From Chiloscyllium plagiosum (Eukaryota), in assembly GCF_004010195.1 (NCBI RefSeq), contig NC_057718.1, positions 46,258,600 through 46,292,205 on the forward strand: a DNA stretch of 33,606 nt. The letters are read 5' to 3'. The notes beneath the pieces were generated by a model. It searched no databases. It worked only from the letters and a program-made list of their open reading frames with translations, and was not told the origin of the DNA. Position numbers and translations under genes: made by a program. Every line of letters starts with the position of its first letter. Position 1 is the first letter of the stretch. This document shows positions 22,417 through 33,001 of this stretch, in pieces.

Positions 22417-23190
22417 GAGATCTGGACAATACCCAGGCTTGGGCTTGCAAGTAGCAAGTACCATGCGTGCCACATAAATGCTAGGCAATTACCATCTCCA
22501 CAAGAGACAATCTAATCACCATCCTACTCATTCAATGGTGTTAGCAGCACTTCACCCCTCAGTATCACATCCTGGGGACTACCATTGACCAGAAATTCAA
22601 CTGGACTAGCCATATACGTAGAGTAGCTTCAGAAGCAGGACAGAGGCTAGGAATATTGCAGCGAGTAACTCAACTCCTGACTTCACAAAGTCTGGCAACC
22701 ATATACAAGGCACAAATCAGGAGTGTAATGGAATACTCCCCACATGCCTGGGTGGGGGCAACTTTAACAACACTCAAGAATTTGACACCATCCAGAACAA
22801 AGTAGCTCTCTTCATTGGCATCACATCCACAAGCATCCATTCCCTCCACCACCAATGCTCAGTGACAGCAATATGTATCATCTACAAGATGCACTTCAGA
22901 AAGGCTCCACAAACAGCACCTACCAAACCCACAACAACTTCCATCTAGAAGGACAAGGGCAGCAGATTCTTGGGAACACTACCATCTGCAAGTTCCCTTC
23001 CAAACCATTCACCATCCTGATTTGGAAATAGATCGTTGTTCCTTCACTGTCGCTGGGCCAAAATCCTGGAATTCCCTCCCTAAGGCCATTGTGGGTGTAC
23101 CTACAGCATGTGGACTGCAGCAGTTCAAGAAGGCAGCTCCCCACCACCTTCCTGAGAAGAATTAGGGGCAGGCAATAAATGCTGGCCAAC
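22417..23190 (+). mobile_element. CR1/L2-clade LINE 3' portion
   Basis: Remnants DLDNTQAWA, ILGTTIDQKFNW and IYKAQIRSVMEYSPHAW; tail ttcaagaaggcagctccccaccaccttc...gcaataaatgctggcc. Confidence 0.85.
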
Positions 23191-23619
23191 GTATGAGTGA
23201 AGAAAAGAAAAATAACTTTTCTTTTTCTTGTCCCATGGGACAAATGTTTGGTTCTTTCTAATTGAAATGCCAGGAGTTGCACAAGGCAATCATTCTGCAA
23301 CAGTTAATGCTGAAGATTGCATTAAACTCCACCAAATCTGATGTGATGAAGTGAGGACTTGAGTGACAAATGGACATAGAGACCAACCATCTAAATATCT
23401 TCATAGTCTTTATGACAGTGGTCCAGATCTCCTAATGGAAAAGCAGTCACTGCAGCAGTGTAGACTGGAGTTGCAACTTGGGACCATGTAGAAGTCTAGA
23501 CACAGATAGCTCCATGGGAATTCCCTTGAAAGTTAAAACTTCTGATGGATAACTACATGGAACATGGAAGTCTCTGTATAAGTCCACAACTCTAAGCTGA
23601 AGTTAGAGACCTCAGAGAG

Positions 23620-25125
23620 TTCCAACTCACTTAAGGAAGGGAGAACTGCCAGAGGTCATGGTCCATGTCATGGGTAAAAAGAGGAATGGGGTTTTACAAG
23701 CTAGGAAATAAATTAAACTGCCAGATCACAAAAGTAGCAAGTTCAAGATTTCTCCCAATGCCACATGTTAGCCAGATCAGGAATGGGAGAATACTTCAAA
23801 TGAATGTGTGACTGGCTGAATGGTGTCGAATAAATCTAGAATCTTGAGACATTGGCATCAATTCAGGGGAAGATGAGACCTCTACAAGCTGGAGGGGTTG
23901 TGCCCTAGCAGGACCAGGACAGGGTTGCTTGTGAGAAGAGTGATGGAGGGATTAAATAATAGTAGCAGAGAGATGGGAACTTGAGCAGGGAGATAAGAGT
24001 GAGAGGCACAAAGACAGAAATGAAGATAGAAAAGTAGAAGGCAAAAGTTGAAGGCAAGAGAAACAAGAGCTAGCAGCAAATAAGGTAGGAGTACAAAAAT
24101 GTGCACAAAAGTCAAAAAGCCAAGTCTAAAGGAATGATATATGGATATACCAAGCATTCACAATAAGGTAGATGATTTAACAATGTAAATTGTTGTGCAT
24201 AGGCATGCTTTGATTGCATTTACAGACACATGGTTGCAGGGTGACCAAGACTGGGAAGTGAATATATAAGGTTATTCACCTTTAGGAGAGACAGATAAAA
24301 CTGAGAAGGAGATAGATGTTAGTGAAATTCATGAAATAATACGAAAATACATTGACTCAGAAAATCAAGATGTGGAATTAGTCTGGATTGATTTAAGCAG
24401 CAACATGGGGGTATAAAACATTTATGTGATTTCCAAACAGTCATGGTGAGGTAAGAGATGGAATTAAACAGGAAATAATAGGTGCACTCAATAAGGGTGC
24501 AGTAAGCAGTTGGGAAGACAAATGCTATGTTGGCCTTCAGTCCAAGGAATGAGGAGCAAGGAAGTCTTACTGTAACTGTGCAGGACCTTGATGAGATACT
24601 ACAGTATAGTGAGAAGTTCTGGTCTCCTTACCTGAGAAAAGATATACTTGCCAGAAAGCCAATGAAAGTTCACCAAAACCAATTCTTGGGATGCAAGTCT
24701 TTCACATGAGGAGAGATTGCTCACTGGTCCCATTTTCATTGGAATTTAAAAGAACTAGAGTGGATCTCATTGAAACATATAAGATACTGACAAGGCTAAA
24801 CAGATGGAATACAGGGGTGGTGTTTCCCTGGCAGGAGGGTGTCCATAGCAGGGTCATGGTCTCAGGATATGCACAATGCCACTTTGGACTAGGATGAGTA
24901 GAGATTTCTTCAGACAGCATGGTGAACCTGTGGAATTCTCTACTGCAGAAGGCTTTGGAGGCCAAGGCTCTGAATATATTAAAGAAAGAAAGATATTTCT
25001 AAAAGCTAAAAGTGGTAAGGGGTATCGGGAGCACACCGTTATGATAAGGATCAGTCATGTTCATGTTAAATGGTGTAGCAGGCTAAATGACTTGTTCCTG
25101 CTCCAATGTTCTATATGTCTATGTT
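23620..25125 (+). mobile_element. Older internally deleted CR1 (ORF1 esterase remnant, APE remnant, then post-RT C-terminus and tail)
   Basis: Similar to 9340-9730 (ORF1) and 9860-10070 (APE: IAFTDTWLQGDQDWEVNI); jumps at about 24510 to ANAMLAF-like...FWSPYLRKDILA; tail ttcctgctccaatgttctatatgtctatgtt. Confidence 0.8.
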
Positions 25126-25211
25126 AATAGCTCCCCAGGAAAAGTTAGAGGAATGAAAACCAACTCTAACTCTTGGCAAATATTAAATTGACACCCAACC
25201 ATCTTATCACT

Positions 25212-25638
25212 AACCACACCCTGACCTCTCACTGACACTTAACCACCTCTCTTTAGATCTAATTTGACCCCCAACTCCAGCCAGGCTGGACCCCTGACTC
25301 CCATCTGTACTGACTTGACCTCCAACTCTACCTGGATCTAATACCCAAATGCTGAATTTGGCCTGACTTGATTCACCTGAACACTGCCTATCAAACCCTA
25401 CTCCCTGACCAGACCACCCCCATCCCCCGATGCCTGACTTTAACCCCCTCAGACTAAAACCCCTACCATTTCCAATCCAACACATCCCCACCCCCAACGT
25501 CAGTCTCTTCCTGGACCAATTTCTCCCCAATCCCAATGTGATCTGTCTCCACACCCACTCCCGCCAAATTCCAGACTTCACTCTGGTCAGAATCCCCGAC
25601 CAAAATCACCCGACACCCAGCATACTCAACCTACCTTA
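25212..25638. repeat. C-rich low-complexity tract with degenerate ccctgac-like units
   Basis: Strong C-over-G skew on the + strand and recurring cctgac/ttgacc/cccc motifs. Confidence 0.55.
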
Positions 25639-25996
25639 AACACTCGACCAATATTGGCAATGGGATTTCTTTTATTCCCACTTTCTCTGGACCATTGGGC
25701 ATCCTCTGCTCCTAACAATAACCCAAGGCAGTTCTAACAGTAGAATATACTTTATATTGTTCATTAAAGCAAAGTAGGCATCAAATATTACTGTAAAAAT
25801 CTTACAAGAAAAAGGCTTAGATCACAAGTGAAGCCTTTTATGTTGACTCATCCAAAGATTAGACTGGAACAAGTGATCAATCTGCTCCATCTCAACTTCT
25901 AGTTGTTGACCAAACAGTCTCCCTCTGCTAGTTATATTTTGCTGTGAGGTAAGGCCTTTCTTATATTCCTTCCATACAAAGACGTTGTGCACTTAC

Positions 25997-26035
25997 ACTC
26001 TAATCCAGCCTCCAGCAAATGATCAGCTTTGACAA
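25997..26035 (-). CDS. Coding exon, phase 1->1: (V)VKADHLLEAGLE(F)
   Basis: Acceptor ttataatgtttaccag|TT and donor AGT|GTAAGT; 39 nt; only this frame is open. Confidence 0.6.
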
Positions 26036-26586
26036 CTGGTAAACATTATAACCATGCCAGTTTCCCATGTTGGCTTGATCAATTAACTCATCAAGACTTG
26101 CATGCGTCTCCCTAGAAGGATGCTTATCACTTGCTTTGAATGAATTTTGATGTAAAAAAACTTCATCTTGTTCTCACATGTTTATGTCATTGAATCACCG
26201 TATGGTATTTACACAGCACAATCAGAAGACAAGCACAAATTCAGCTGATAAATAGTCCGCATTATCACATCTCAATCACTGTGTCTGTTTTATACAAAAC
26301 TGCAGCTTTTCCAAAGTTACTATGACCATTCCGTTCATTACTGCTGAGTTGTACCACTCAATGTCAACACAAAGATTACTTCAGCAAAACACCGAAACAC
26401 TTTAAAACCCATGACTTTTTAATCATTAGGTCAGCAATAGATTTCATTGTTTTCTCCTTCTCATTTCATTCAACTTAATTTAACCTCATTTTATCTAGCC
26501 CAGCAAATTTTAGGGTAATATCTATAGAGACTTATTTGGAAGAGTGACCTAAAAGATATCATTAGCAAGAAGGCATTTGGCTTAGT

Positions 26587-26933
26587 AGAATCCCTACAGT
26601 GTGGAAACAGGCCATTCAGCCCATCATTTTCACATTTACCCTCAAAAAGGCATCCCACCATGCTCCACCGCCACCCAATTCTGTAATTCTGTAATCCCAA
26701 TTCTGGGATTAGCATTTCCCATGGCTAATCCATCTAACCTACACAACCCTGGACACTATGGGGGATTTAGCCTGACCAATACAGCTAACCTATAAATCTT
26801 TGGACTGTGGGAGGAAACCCATGTAGACACCGGGAAGAGCATGCAAACTCCACAGAGACAGTTGTCCTAGGTGGAATTGAACTCAGGTCCCTGGCGCTGT
26901 GAGGCAGCAGTGTTAACCACTGAGCCACCATGC
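26587..26933 (-). mobile_element. HE1-type SINE
   Basis: Reverse complement of the SINE head (catggtggctcagtggttaacactgctgcctcacagcgccagg), core and tail (ggcctgtttccacactgtagggattcta). Confidence 0.88.
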
Positions 26934-26999
26934 TACAATGTTTACACTGTGGAGTTTATGGCATGCAAAAAAAATAATTAGTTTTCAGCTTCGTGCCAG

Positions 27000-28200
27000 C
27001 TGAAGAAAACATTTTCAGTTAAGGAGAATAGCTTTACACAAATGGTAGAGCAGGTAAGTTTGTGAAGTTTTCAAGCTGTTAGATTTTTTAAAAAATTGAG
27101 GCTATCAGAATTGGGATAAATTTGTAAAATTCTTCTAGCAGTTCTAGAAAGAAAAATGAAAAGAGTCAGTTAAGTAAGAAATTAAAGAGTTAAGATAGGA
27201 GTGATTTTCTCTGGGATTCAGAATCTGAATAGAATTTTGGCTGCAAACAAAAAGGTTGAAGCTATATTTTTGCTTTTTATCTTAAGACCTTTTGAAAATG
27301 ACTATATTAGTTGATAAATTTGTTTTTTTTTTCTCCTGTGTTCTTGTGTTAAAGAACATTGGCAGCCTCATGTGAACATATTCACTGACTAATCAACATG
27401 CTAACCAACTGCAGATAAATCAAACTCCTGATCCATCGAGCCAGATTTCACTCTGGGATCTGACTCATTCAATGAGATCATCAGCTGGGATCATGCAAAC
27501 AAATTGACGTCAGATGCTGAAACAACACAACTCCAAGAGAAACAATCAGTTTGTTTGCTTTCCAATTGGCACTAACTTCAGAGATCATGCTCAGCAAGAA
27601 GCAATTATCAGTAACATGACTGAAAAAGAGCCGTTTTAAATTCAGAAACAACCGCAGGGGTGAGTGCAATCATCTTAAACAACAAGTTGAAGAAAAGATG
27701 CTATATATTTAGTACAGAGTAACCAGCAGATTGAGAATAAAGATGTACTCACAGGGATTGAAGAAGATTGCCAACAACACCCTGAAGCCATCACTGAGGT
27801 GGCACAGTAAGTGTTGCAGTTTCAAGACCCAATCAAGGCAAAATTGCCTTTTTCAGAAAACCAGGATACTGGCAAGAAGAAATTGTTTGTCTCAGAGAGT
27901 CAAAATATTGCAAGAAAGAAAATATCTGTTTCAATAGAGTCACCACCTTCTGTGACAAACACTCATGAAAATAAATCTTCCCCAGGTGATGCTATGGGAA
28001 AAGAAGTCTTCCATAAAGGAAATTAAGGAGACTACGGGTCTTCCAGAGGAGCTAATGGCCCAGTTGGTAATGGTCCAATTGTCTGGAAGGATAATGCTGA
28101 GTACTGCATTAAGCTTCACCAAATCACATAATGTCATATGGACTTGGACAGGATAAAACAGAGCAGCCCTAGATTTCAAAGGAGGCAAAACAACTATCTA
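27000..28200 (+). mobile_element. Possible LTR remnant followed by decayed LTR-retrotransposon internal sequence
   Basis: LTR-end-like ...gatcatcagctgggatcatgca near 27498, then a long purine-rich frame (about 27660-28190) broken by three TAA codons. No diagnostic domain motif; weak support. Confidence 0.3.
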
Positions 28201-28492
28201 GGTCTCTCATAGATTTTATTGCAATGTCTATCATACCAATGTAACTTGTATTTGATTGCTATCATGCAATAAAATACATTTTGTTTAAGACAAGAGTCTC
28301 TTCCTATTAGACCACCTTGTAATGCTCCTCCACTGCACCCTGATAGAGGATCTGTAGAACCCACCCTAAGAGGAGGATGGTTACAGCAAATCAACCCTAT
28401 CATGACCAAGACTGCAGCTAGTCCATACAAAATGGTGCTAATGGTGGTCATCTGAAGGTTTAGCTCAGCTGCACCTTTGCAAGACTATTCAC

Positions 28493-28542
28493 CTTCTTCA
28501 AGCTTGAATTTATATTAGAAATCATAGGAGTTGAGAACAAAT
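28493..28542 (-). pseudogene. Candidate exon, phase 2->1, with in-frame stop: (P)FVLNSYDF*YKFKLEE(V)
   Basis: Acceptor aattcaatccacag|A and donor AAG|GTGAAT. Phases link both neighbours only in the frame containing TAA; the open frame (LFSTPMISNINSSLKK, phase 1->0) does not link. Confidence 0.35.
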
Positions 28543-29570
28543 CTGTGGATTGAATTTTACATATCAGCCAAAAACTTTTTCTTAAAACAGGAAAGAAGTT
28601 AAGACACAAAGTGAAAGACAATGAGTATTCTGTCAAAATGAGGAGATGGATAGTTTTGATATTGATCTCATTATTTATGTCTATTTTAAGTGATGAAGTG
28701 GGAATGGAGAGGGGTGCTCATTGTTGATAAAGTTAATAGGAGACAATAGATAAAGACCTGTCGCATGGTTAGAAATATCTGCTGATGACTAATTTTGATT
28801 TTTTTCTAAATTAAATATAAGAATAATCACCAGAAAAGATCAAAGGATAAAATTGGAATGATAAAGGCTGTCATAAAATCAATGATTTCTTTGAGGATGT
28901 AATTGGTACAGAGATCTAACTTTTCTAAACTTCAGTTTTGCAATGATGAAAGCCTTTTTTTGAAACAACTTCTGTTTCAAGTTCTATTTTCAGGCCTTTC
29001 AATCTTATTGCTTCTGCCCTGGTCCTATTCCACAACAGGTCATCACTTCCCAAGCCACTGGCTTTCGTTGAAAAATCATAGAATCATATCCTTGAAATAG
29101 CAGTTTAAAAGACATAGAAAATCCAGTAACTCCTTGTAGAATTTGATTCATTCAGTCAACTTATTTGTAAATGCTGTTTTCAAAGCACTGATAAAAAATA
29201 ATCCCCAGGATCTAACTTTATAAAAATGGAATCTAATTTAACTAGTTATTATAAAAATATCCCCGGTCAATTCCCAATACACATCTTTATTAATCTATCA
29301 TTTTAAGCTAAGTATTGCATTATTATTTGTGAATATTTAAATGTTAAAATTAACGACTATAATGTAATTATATTATAATAACAGTGACTATTTGTTGAAT
29401 TGAACTGCAAACAATAGAAGTTATCCTATGATGTACTTAATTCTAATGCAGAGGTGTTAAACCTCTGTCTTAAAATGAAGTAAATTTTGTGCACAGAAAT
29501 AAATATATTATTTATTCCAAGAAAAGCATGCTAGCATGTGGGAAAACTAAATGATCTCTCTTAATTTCAC

Positions 29571-29710
29571 GGTGCTTTGTACTCATTCCAACTGATGCAA
29601 AAATCAAAGTATTTGTATTTTCTGTACTGTCAACCCTGATGGAAAGCCATCAAAAGCACAATTAAAATTTTAGATCATAAAATGTTGCAGGAAAGCGGTG
29701 ATAGGGGTCC
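29571..29710 (-). pseudogene. Disrupted exon: (R)DPYHRFPATFYDL(K/N)F/NCAFDGFPSGL/QYRKYKYFDFCISWNEYKA(P)
   Basis: Strong acceptor tttgcttttgttacttccacacag|G, but all three frames stop within about 50 nt. Removing one base in taaaatttta and one near gttgacag opens the exon. The donor CC|GTGAAA is weak, so the 3' boundary is uncertain. Confidence 0.45.
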
Positions 29711-30997
29711 CTGTGTGGAAGTAACAAAAGCAAACATCAAACACAAGAATAAATGAACAGAACAGTTGACAAGGAGAAGAATGGGCGTTATATAAAGCCA
29801 TCTGTTTTGGAGAACACCCAAAACTTGCGCTGTAGAAGCATACTTCAACTATCCCAACGTCCTCCATTCCACGACTGACCAAATGCACATATGCAAAATC
29901 AGCTTTGTTTCAAATGGCTTCGGCCACTGTTTTTTTGTAATTATGTAATTTATTCCTTTCTTCCTCCTCCTTACTAATGAATCCAAGCCGCAAACAAGCC
30001 CCAGTTGCTTCTATTCAAGGCATATGATTGCATCTGCCAGTAATTGCGCCAAATGATGAAGAGGGAATGGGGAGGGGAGCACATTGTTGTGGGGTAATAG
30101 GTGAAGACCTGTCTCTGTTGACCTGTAATACATTAGTGTCAGGGAACATTTGGCAGCCTTCAGATGATTAGCAGAGAAGATGAATCTACCAGAAGAGGTA
30201 GAAATCTGCCTCATCTGAATGGCCCTGGCTGCATAAATTTGCATATTAAAAAGCTGTCTTTTGTCTGAAGCATAGCTGTTGCCCTAATTATTATGACACA
30301 TTATGTCTTCATCATAGAAGATTCAATCCTGGCTTGTTGAAAAATTTATATAAGAAAGCAGTTTATTGCTTTTGTTCAGAACAGCATTTTATTACTGCAA
30401 GATTTGTCAACATTTCTTTGATAGAATACAAATTTGAATCTTTTAGCACCACTTCACAGTTCTTTGAATTTTTTAAAAGATTTCTGCCATTAATTGAACA
30501 GGTACGTCCAGTGCAATGGGATGCGCACAAATAGACTTGTGTTACATGATCATCAAACATTTTGTTTACTTCTTTTCACAAATTGATACCAAGGGCAACA
30601 TTTATTAATACACTGTTCTACCATGAGTCTTAAAAGTGGTATATCAAATTTAATTACAGAAACAATGTTCTAACAAGTGCACAGAGCTTGAAATGATACC
30701 ATTAATTGAAAGTATGATAAGTGTTTTTGAAAGTGCAATTTGCAATCAACGCTATGTATAAATTATCCATAATTCTCACCATGATAAATATACCTGAGTG
30801 ATAAACATTATTAATTTTCTGAGTAACAGGCTTGTATGCAGCAATGGGATTAAAGGTTCGATGAAGGGACACTGTTGAGAGGCCCACAGCCCTTGTGTGT
30901 AAGAAGTGTATTGTAATTTAGCAATAATGTAGAAGTGGGTGAATCGCATGTTTGATTAGAAACAAGACGTAACAGTAACCTGACCTCTCAACATTAC

Positions 30998-31073
30998 CTC
31001 CAACAATGATTGTATTTCTTCAACGTGTCAGTCAAATTCCCCTTGTTGATTCTTTCTGCTGCAGTTTGACCAC
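30998..31073 (-). CDS. Coding exon, phase 1->2: (G)GQTAAERINKGNLTDTLKKYNHCW(R)
   Basis: Pyrimidine tract attcttccctttcttggtgaag|GT and donor GAG|GTAATG; phase matches the preceding exon; 76 nt. Confidence 0.65.
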
Positions 31074-31329
31074 CTTCACCAAGAAAGGGAAGAATATACA
31101 CTATACAAACACTGCCGATGTTTTCACCAGTAGCAATCTTGTTTTGTGCCAGATAAGAAGCAGCCTTTGTCAGTGCTTGTTCCATGAGACAAAGCCACTA
31201 GTCTCCCCTACCACAGCCAAGCATAAGGGAAAGCTAACAGAATCACAAGCTAGGCAAATGTTGTTCCCTTTTATATTAAAAGATTACTTACCTAGTTGCC
31301 AAAAAATGATTCTTCCTTTCTCCGAGCCC

Positions 31330-32290
31330 AGTGAAAAAGAAGAAGTGATTTAATTAATACCTTAATAGGAATTAAAATAAAACAGGAAATTGAGGCTTAC
31401 AGCAAATGGCAGTTAGGAAGAAGTTTCAGTTAATAATGAAGAAGAATATGAAAATTGCAGGACAGAACTGAAAAAGTTAATACAGAAGACAAAGAAAGAT
31501 GGCGAGAGAAAAATAGCAGGCGATATTAAATTGAATCATAAAGTCTTTTATAAAAACATGTAAGATATCTGTGATTTGCTAGGGAAAACATTGGGCCTAT
31601 TAAGAATCTAAGGGAAGTCCTCATAACAAGGGGCAAGACAACAATATTAAATTATTACTTTGCACCTGCCTTCACAAATAAAGTGGATCATGTGAAGTTA
31701 ACTCTAAAAGAGGAGAGAGATGTTTGGATTATTTAGGTTTATAAATGGAGAGATGGAATATAAAACAAAGAGATCATGGTGGAATTTTGTAAGCTACTGG
31801 TTAGGCATCTGCTGACATGTTGTAGGCAATTCTGGGTGCTGCACCAGCAAAGATGTAAATATATTAGAAAAGATACAGAGCACGCTTACCAGGATATTAC
31901 CAGCATTGAGGAGAGGTTGTCAAGTTAAGGTTGTACTCTGTGGAACAGAAGAAGTTAAGGTGACCAGTTAGAGGTTTTCATCATGAGAAGTAGATTCGTA
32001 ACTATAGGTCATAGACTCAAAATCATTGGAAAAAGATCTAGAAGGGGGATGAAAAGAATCTTTTTCACTCAGAGTTGTTTGTATCTGAAATACTTTCCCT
32101 GAAAAATTGTGGAAGTTAATTTTATGAATAATTTTAAAATAAAATTGGTAAGATACTTGAGGAAGAGGAACTTGTAATGTTGTAGACAAAGCGTGGAGAT
32201 GTATTACTAAACATCTGATGTACTCAAAGACCCAGTATAACCACAAATGGCTAAATGGGTTCCTTTTCTGCTCTATGTTTCAATGACACT
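31330..32290 (+). mobile_element. Old CR1 with internal deletion (APE-RT linker region joined to post-RT C-terminus and tail)
   Basis: EEYENCRTELKKLIQKTKK...IAGDIKLNHKVFYK and LNYYFAPAFT, then at about 31735 GFINGEMEYKTKEIMVEFCKLLVRHLL; tail ggctaaatgggttcctttt. Confidence 0.75.
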
Positions 32291-32391
32291 GACTATGACC
32301 TGGTAAGAAACAACTTCTCAGTGATCCTGCTGCTCAAATTAAGATCAGTATGAATAATGAATAAATCAATTGTTTTGAAACAAAAACAGCA

Positions 32392-32475
32392 ACCACAGAT
32401 GTTGCCAGACCTGCTGAGTTTCTCCAACAATTTCTGTTTTTGTTTCAGATTTCCAGCATCTGCAGTTCTTTGTTT
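32392..32475 (+). mobile_element. PLE terminal-repeat-derived fragment
   Basis: ccacagatgttgccagacctgctgagtttctccaacaatttctg...ttccagcatctgcag. Confidence 0.7.
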
Positions 32476-32898
32476 TAATCAATTGTTTCAACGCTGTAAG
32501 CTGGAAAAATAACTCAGCTTCTGAATTTAGCCTGGAATCGTGAATCACCAATCTTGGACAGAATTAATATTTTCTGAAGGTATATTAGATTTAAATTTCT
32601 GGAAGAACAAACCGTTTAGAAACTAAAATCACTACGAGACAGTTCTCATCATTTTACTTGACTACGTAAAACCAGATAGTCCTTGAAATGATCTTGTGGG
32701 ATACCAGCACACAGGCATAACACATGACGTGGAAATCCCTTCTCTGCTGTTTACAGATGCCCTAGTCACTTTCAGAAGCATGAGCTCTAAATTTATTACC
32801 CATCAAAGCTAGGCACGACTCCAGCGACTCCAGTAAATTTATCAGAATAAATTAGGCAGGTAGTGGATATCCATCAAACTACTGCATTTACAACTCAC

Positions 32899-33001
32899 CT
32901 GTCAAGGCCTTAGAAACGTGGCTAATGCCAAGGGAACACTGGAATAGGGAATAGGGAGTGAGGCCATCAAGAAGAAAGTGAATGCCCTGTTTCTTTGAAA
33001 T
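32899..33001 (-). CDS. Coding exon, phase 0->1: ISKKQGIHFLLDGLTPYSLFQCSLGISHVSKALT(G)
   Basis: Acceptor ttattattatttgtgtag|AT and consensus donor CAG|GTGAGT; 103 nt; only one of three frames is open. Confidence 0.75.

Larger units (their letters stand above)
3863..33001 (-). pseudogene. Multi-exon host gene or pseudogene (5' end outside window) encoding an unrecognised aromatic-rich protein
   Basis: Manually spliced GT-AG exons: 33001-32899, 31073-30998, 29710-29571, 28542-28493, 26035-25997, 22167-22107, 20337-20291, 18905-18872, 12501-12415, 12229-12198, 11942-11886, 5710-5543, 4029-3863. Most junction phases match. A continuous reading needs three +1 frameshifts and one TAA, and the link from 11886 to 5710 is unresolved. 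Confidence 0.55.

Noticed and set aside
25636..25734. Minus-strand 99-nt open segment with donor AAG|GTAGGT (NCLGLLLGAEDAQW...)
   Set aside because: Phase 0-0 does not fit the flanking phase-1 junction (it would create TAA or TGA), and it abuts a low-complexity repeat.
27986..28066. Plus-strand exon-like segment VMLWEKKSSIKEIKETTGLPEELMAQL with AG/GT borders
   Set aside because: Isolated, with no partner plus-strand exons found, and lies inside a probable LTR-element relic.
32940..32957. 7-bp tandem repeat (gaatagg)x2 inside the first exon as a possible frameshifting duplication
   Set aside because: Removing one unit gives stops in every frame; the exon is open as it stands.
32950..33001. 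Resemblance of IHFLLDGL to a NACHT Walker B motif or to bacterial toxin/effector motifs (horizontal transfer idea)
   Set aside because: An eight-residue resemblance only. Downstream motifs do not match convincingly and the gene is intron-rich; it needs a profile search before any claim.
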